Shown: one piece after another, positions 59,060 to 64,000 of the stretch
Layout of the letters: the number at the start of each line of letters is the position of its first letter
How positions within the stretch are numbered: the first letter of the stretch is position 1
Origin: Moniliella sp. 'wahieum'
Taxonomy: Eukaryota
Length of the DNA stretch: 64,000 nucleotides
Direction of reading: 5' to 3'
Assembly: GCA_003971905.1 (NCBI GenBank)
Contig: RSEE01000028.1
Location: 558,001 to 622,000 of the forward strand
Position numbers and translations under genes: made by a program
The notes under the pieces: model-generated
Database searches by the model: none
What the model was told of the DNA's origin: nothing
The model's input: only the letters and a program-made list of their open reading frames with translations

Positions 59060-60835
59060 TTACACCCACCCCTGAGACCTTCCACAAGCAGCCATCAGCC
59101 CGGTTCCGCGAGGGGTTCTTAGATCGCTTCCCATGAAGGGTGCGGTGATGGGGGTAGATATTGGTCTCGACAGATGTACCATCCGCCGCTTGAACAAACA
59201 AGGTGGGTACTTGGTGAGCCATGGGCATAGTTGGAAGGAACATGCCGGGTTCAGTTGCTGCTTCCCAAGAGACGGACGAGGTAGAAGGTAAGAGATGCTC
59301 TTCACCTGAAAGGCTCATCTCGTTGTGAACATGGGCCGCGGCAGAGTAGGCCGGATTGTGCTCTGTGAACGAGCCAGAGTTGATCGAATGGGATGACCCT
59401 CGAGCTCTTCCAGGAAAAGATTCAGTGACATCACTCGAATAACTGGGCGTATCAGCCTGAACAAGCAAGACAAAAGCAGAATGTGTCAGATTCAATCATA
59501 TCACATGTCACAGTTCATTCCCTTTTGGGCTCCTGGCAAACCATAAAGAGAAGAAGGCTGTTGAGGAGAACGAAGTAACACACTGACCTGACGAGGCATA
59601 AATTCCTGATGATGGATCCAATCCCCTAATTTTGTTCAAGTGGATAGGCGGGAGGGAGTGTTCCAAGTGCAGAAGTCTCCGGACCCCAAAGCATAGAAGA
59701 AGTACGGATATCCGCATCGTCCATTATGGGCAATGGAGACGGCACCAATGATTGAAGGGGGGAATGATCTTGACCGACACACCACTCGATTGGAACCGAG
59801 GAGGAGGAGATCGAAGTAAGAGTGGGACCTTGTCGCTCCACGAGCGCCCCTTGATGTGGGGAGAATGTGGGCCACTTGCGGGATATGCCGGTAAGGACGA
59901 GAGCCAGGCGGGGACGTGAGAAGGGGGAGGAGGCGGATGGTGGAAGCCTTCTAGAGACTCGGTATGGCCCACCAAAGGTGGAAATGTAGAGGATGATGAT
60001 GAGGGTGCAGTGTTGAGGAACCAGCCTCGAAACCGATCGCCAATGAGTTGCCACCCAATACACGTTTCTCTCTTCCGGAAGAGAATAGATCAGTTCCAGG
60101 CGGATGATAGAGGTTGGGATTCTGCATCCTCATAGCAGCCTCAGCATCGGGCAGTGGGGAGTCTAGTCCAGCCCCAGAAGAAATGGTAAGATTCATAAGG
60201 TCAATGCCCTGAAGAAGAGGAACTTGGTTTGTTATCTCTCCATCAGGGTAAGAGAAGGATGCAGATGAACTGGCCGCGGCACTTGCACTGGCTTCCGCAG
60301 AGTACGTCTGCCATACACAGAGGTTAGGGACATCTAGCAAGAAAACCAAAAAGGAAAAGAAACGACTCTATTACTGATCACGGCAGAACCAAGGTGCTGA
60401 TCGAGTAACAGCCGGAAGGGTGGGACGGAAGCAGGGAAGGGGGGATGAGGGCGGATCGGACGTACACATTCCAGTCCTTTCTTCTCGCAGCGAGCGCATG
60501 GCCGTCCCAAAGAGCATTGCCTTTGCCTTGACGCACAGGACACAGCTCTTTGACGAGGGATATGGGGTTTGCGAGCCGAGATCTTTTCGCGCTTCATGTC
60601 GGCGCAAGAGATCATGACGAGTAAATCTTGAAGCAGTTGGGGCAAACGTGCTGTTGGTTATTGTGTGAAGGGGGAGGACGAGAAGGTTCCAGTGGAGGAG
60701 GGGGGGTGGGTCGCCCATGAGGCTGGCTCGCACTGTGCCGGGACCGAGTTTTGCGTTGAGGAGGGCGTACAAGGAACAAGGCGAAACAGTATGAGGTTGG
60801 ACAGTGCGAAAAGCGTGGACCGTCGTTTTACTCAT
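59060..60835 (-). CDS. Transcription factor with one C2H2-type finger followed by a Zn(II)2Cys6 cluster; intron 60308-60465; frameshifted; 3' end approximate
   Basis: Joining frames gives QHVCPNC.K.FTRHDLLRRHEARK, then SCVLCVKAK.QCSLGRPCARCEKKGLEC|TY. The intron reads GTACGT..CTAAC..GCAG. Confidence 0.8.
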
Positions 60836-62752
60836 GCAGACAGCACCTTCTTCACGCTAGGGGCGGTGTAGGGAGTGGCCAAAGAAGAGGCAAAACGACT
60901 GAGAAACCGGAACACAGGCGCGCGACGTTTGTAGTGGTGGCAAAGGGGTGGGTTGGTGCAGCGAAGGATGGCAGGCAAACAGGCGTGGACAGTTGAAGTT
61001 CAAACATTCAACGTTCAATGTATACCAAATGCAGCGTTGAATATTGACTGCCATACCCTGTGGGATACATAAGCACAAAAAGAGGTATCTGACCTACAGC
61101 AGCTTACGTAGTGTGCGGTGTCCCCTCTGTTAAAAACTACAAGTGATGGCGCATAGCCTTTGGTTCGTCCAAACTCTCAACAAGTGTTGTGGTGTTCAAC
61201 ACGCGGACAAAAGCCTTCGAGGCCGCAGCCTGGCCTCGGCAAAGAAATTGTCGAGCGAAAACAATCCACACCTTGTGCAGCCATGGCGAATGGAAGTGCT
61301 CTCACATGTTCTCTCTGAAGCTTCTTGTGGCAAAGCAGATCTACTGAATGTCCAGAGGCGTCGTTCGCTTTTTGTTCTTCCTCTATCTGCTGCCATCGGG
61401 ACGAGGACAGGGTGTTCTAGCAGGGTGTGGGGTCGAATTCGGAAGTGCTGGGAGTGGAGCGGGTAAAGGGGTATGGCGAATGGGAGGGTCACATGCATCA
61501 CACCGGCCACACCCGGGGAATGTTCCTGAACACGCGGGTGGCTAGCATAGCACGAGTGCTGTTTTGCAATCGTTCCTTCCCTTATCGATTATCATTCTCA
61601 CGCGTCACGTTCCTCAGGGGCTGAGCGCTGGGCCTCTCAGTGCTGGAGCTGAGTACTTAGCTGAGTACCGGACGAGAGCCCCAGCGCCTCGGCCCAGGCG
61701 CTCAGCACAGGGCGGCTTTGCGCGTGCTGAGTGGAGACGAGGCGGCTGCTCAGCCTGAGCGCCTGAGCGCTCTCGTGCCTCAGCAGCCGTCGGAGACCAG
61801 ACGACCGACGTTGGACTCCGTCGTGTTTCACCGCGCCGCAAGTCCGCGTACTGCCGCCCAACTCCGCCGACCGAGGGAGGCACACACGGCAGAGAGCGTT
61901 GATCGTTTCAAAAACGGAGTGGATACTTCCGCCTTCAACGTTTGCACGTGGAACTTCAACTTCAACTGCATGGTACACACCGAGCGCGTTCTCATTTCAC
62001 GCGTCACGGGTTCGGCGATGCTCGACGGCCGATGGACTGGGTCTCGCCACGCAAGAGCGCCACCTCGGTTAGTGTTGTGCCAATCCAACGACTCAACGCG
62101 CAATCTTTGAATGGATGATGATTACGTGGAACCCGAGTTCGCATATGTCCTGCAAGAGGTCGCTTTGGGTTTACCGCCGATATATCCGAGCATACTCACG
62201 TTCAGAATGGCTGGGAAGAGTGAGGCCGATTCAATGGCATTAGACCCCTGCCACTGTGGCTCCACTGCCGCTATGTCTACGTCCCAAAGAGTGTTCCGCG
62301 ATCTATATCTTCCACCTTTTCCATCCCAAGGCATTCTATTTGAAAGCCATATAATCCAAAAGGAGATAATGTGTATTGCGTGGTACAAAAAAACGGCCAC
62401 AAAAAGGTGAGAATCACCGGCCTCTCACCACCGAAACCCAAAGACACAAAAAGAGGGAAGAGGCAAATTTCCCTATGCTTGCATCACATGAAAAGTGTGG
62501 CAAAAAAGTGGTGGGAGGGCCTTGTCGTAGCAGAAACGAGGGTAGGGTATCGGGTAACGGGTATTCCAAAAACGTGGGACTCAACATTTATACCCGTGAT
62601 TCCACATCCGTCATCGCCCTCAAAAGGATGGATGGGATCTGAGCGTCTCAAAACAATGTCGGCGGGTATGGGCTGAAGAAGGGAAGCCAAGAAACCGACG
62701 GTGCTTGGGGGAGGGAAGTAGGGGAGAAAGAGTCAGAAATTGAAGGAAGAGC

Positions 62753-63888
62753 CTAGTCTGTCGATTCGGACGGCTTCTCCGTTGTCACAGGCTCTTCAGC
62801 TGGCTTGGTATCCGTCTTCTTGGCCGCCTCGTCCGTCTCGGTCTCCTTCGGGGCCTCGGTTGACTTCTTATTGTGTTCAAACTTGCTGGTCGTCCCGAAT
62901 GCCTTTTTGGTACGATCAAACAAGGAGTTGGCCCTGAGACTGATACTGTTTCTACCAGCTGCCTTTGTGGCAGGAGTAGGAGTACCTGTTCCAGCTTCTA
63001 CAGTACCGTTGGCAGCTTTGGGAGCGTCACCAGGCTTCTCTTCTTCCTTCTGCTCTTCCTTCGAAACTTCTTCAGCCTTGGCAGCCTTCTCCTTGGGAGT
63101 CTCCTCCGTTTTACTGGCCTCAAACTTGGCTGTAGCATCCTCAATGGCCTTCTTTGTACGGTCCAATAGGCCCGAAGGAAGCTTAGGAACCTTGATACTG
63201 AGGCGCCGACCCGCTTTAGCAGGCGCAGCTGCATCCGGTTTGGCGTTTTCCGCGATCGTGACCTCCTTGGTCTCCTCCTCGGGCTTCTTCTCAGATGTGG
63301 GTTCCTCGGTAGGCTTCTCCTCAGCCTTGGGTTCCTCCTTGGGTGCTTGTTCCACTTTGGCAGCCTTAGTCTTCTCGGGAGGGCTTCTGTCTTGCTGTGC
63401 TCAAACTTGGCCGCAGCATCCTCTATCGCTTTCTTGGTCCGGTCCAGCAGTCCAGCGGGCAACTTAGGAGCTTTGAAGCTGAGCCGGCGCCCGACGTTGT
63501 CCTTGGCAGGCGCAGGAGCATCGGGCTTGGCGTCTTCAGCTACAGCCACCTTGACCTCCTTGGTTTGCTGGTCTTCGGCAGCCTTGGGCTGTGTTTCGCT
63601 TTCGACTGGTGCCTCCTCCTCTAGGCGTCGACGTAGGCGTTGCAGCACTCTCTTTGCTCTTCTTGTACGATAGGGGGGTTAAGAGGGTGTGGAAATTGAA
63701 CACGGGTGCTTAGCGGGCACAGGCTCGGGGACAGGCACGGGCTCGGGCACGGGAGCCGGCTCGGTCTTGGCAGCCGTTTCGGCCTCGGTCTCAGGCGGAA
63801 CAGTAGCCGCCGGCTGCTCGATGGTAGCGGCGGCTGGAACAGGCTCTGCCACAGCGGCAGCCGGCACAGTCTCTAGCGCAACGGACAT
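62753..63888 (-). CDS. Glu/Lys/Ala/Pro-rich disordered protein with three internal repeats (frameshifted)
   Basis: Starts MSVALETVPAAAVAEP. Repeats are GRRLSFKAPKLPAGLLDRTKKAIEDAAAKFE, GRRLSIKVPKLPSGLLDRTKKAIEDATAKFE and GRNSISLRANSLFDRTKKAFGTTSKFE. Codon bias is strong (AAG/GAG). Confidence 0.8.
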
Positions 63889-64000
63889 GTCTGTGAGGGT
63901 GGTTGCACAAACACACAGCAGCAGTTAGGATCAGCCGTGACCTTTTCACCGGCGTGCAGAGCCGCAACGGATGGAGAAGTGGGGGGAAGGGGTACGTGCC

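Noticed and set aside
3875..60835. Cluster of transcription factors, or a secondary-metabolite cluster
   Set aside because: The regulators are interspersed with unrelated housekeeping genes, and no PKS, NRPS or terpene backbone gene is present.

Overview
This is a gene-dense, intron-poor, GC-rich fungal genomic region. It is basidiomycete, and probably Ustilaginomycotina, judged from protein motifs and short GT..CTRAC..YAG introns. Almost every conserved gene carries single-base indels, which points to an unpolished long-read assembly rather than pseudogenes. Recognisable genes are an Rpn4-like C2H2 factor, hexokinase, an intron-containing tRNA-Gln(UUG), SPT7, an alpha/beta hydrolase, a divergent RPS12/RPS11 pair, a double HMG-box protein, a REX1-B-like protein, metacaspase, mitochondrial S10, SPF27/BCAS2, an LYR protein, SEC22, a Pil1/BAR-like protein, a forkhead factor, HEM1, CDS1 and a C2H2+Zn2Cys6 factor. 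The most striking unexplained signal is non-coding. Intergenic DNA across the whole window is full of short elements that follow one grammar, TNA-[4-bp palindrome]-TNA, repeated with a 7-bp period. At least 14 of the 16 possible palindromic cores occur, some chains switch core in phase, and several arrays begin at stop codons. All coordinates were read by eye, and CDS ends in frameshifted genes are approximate.
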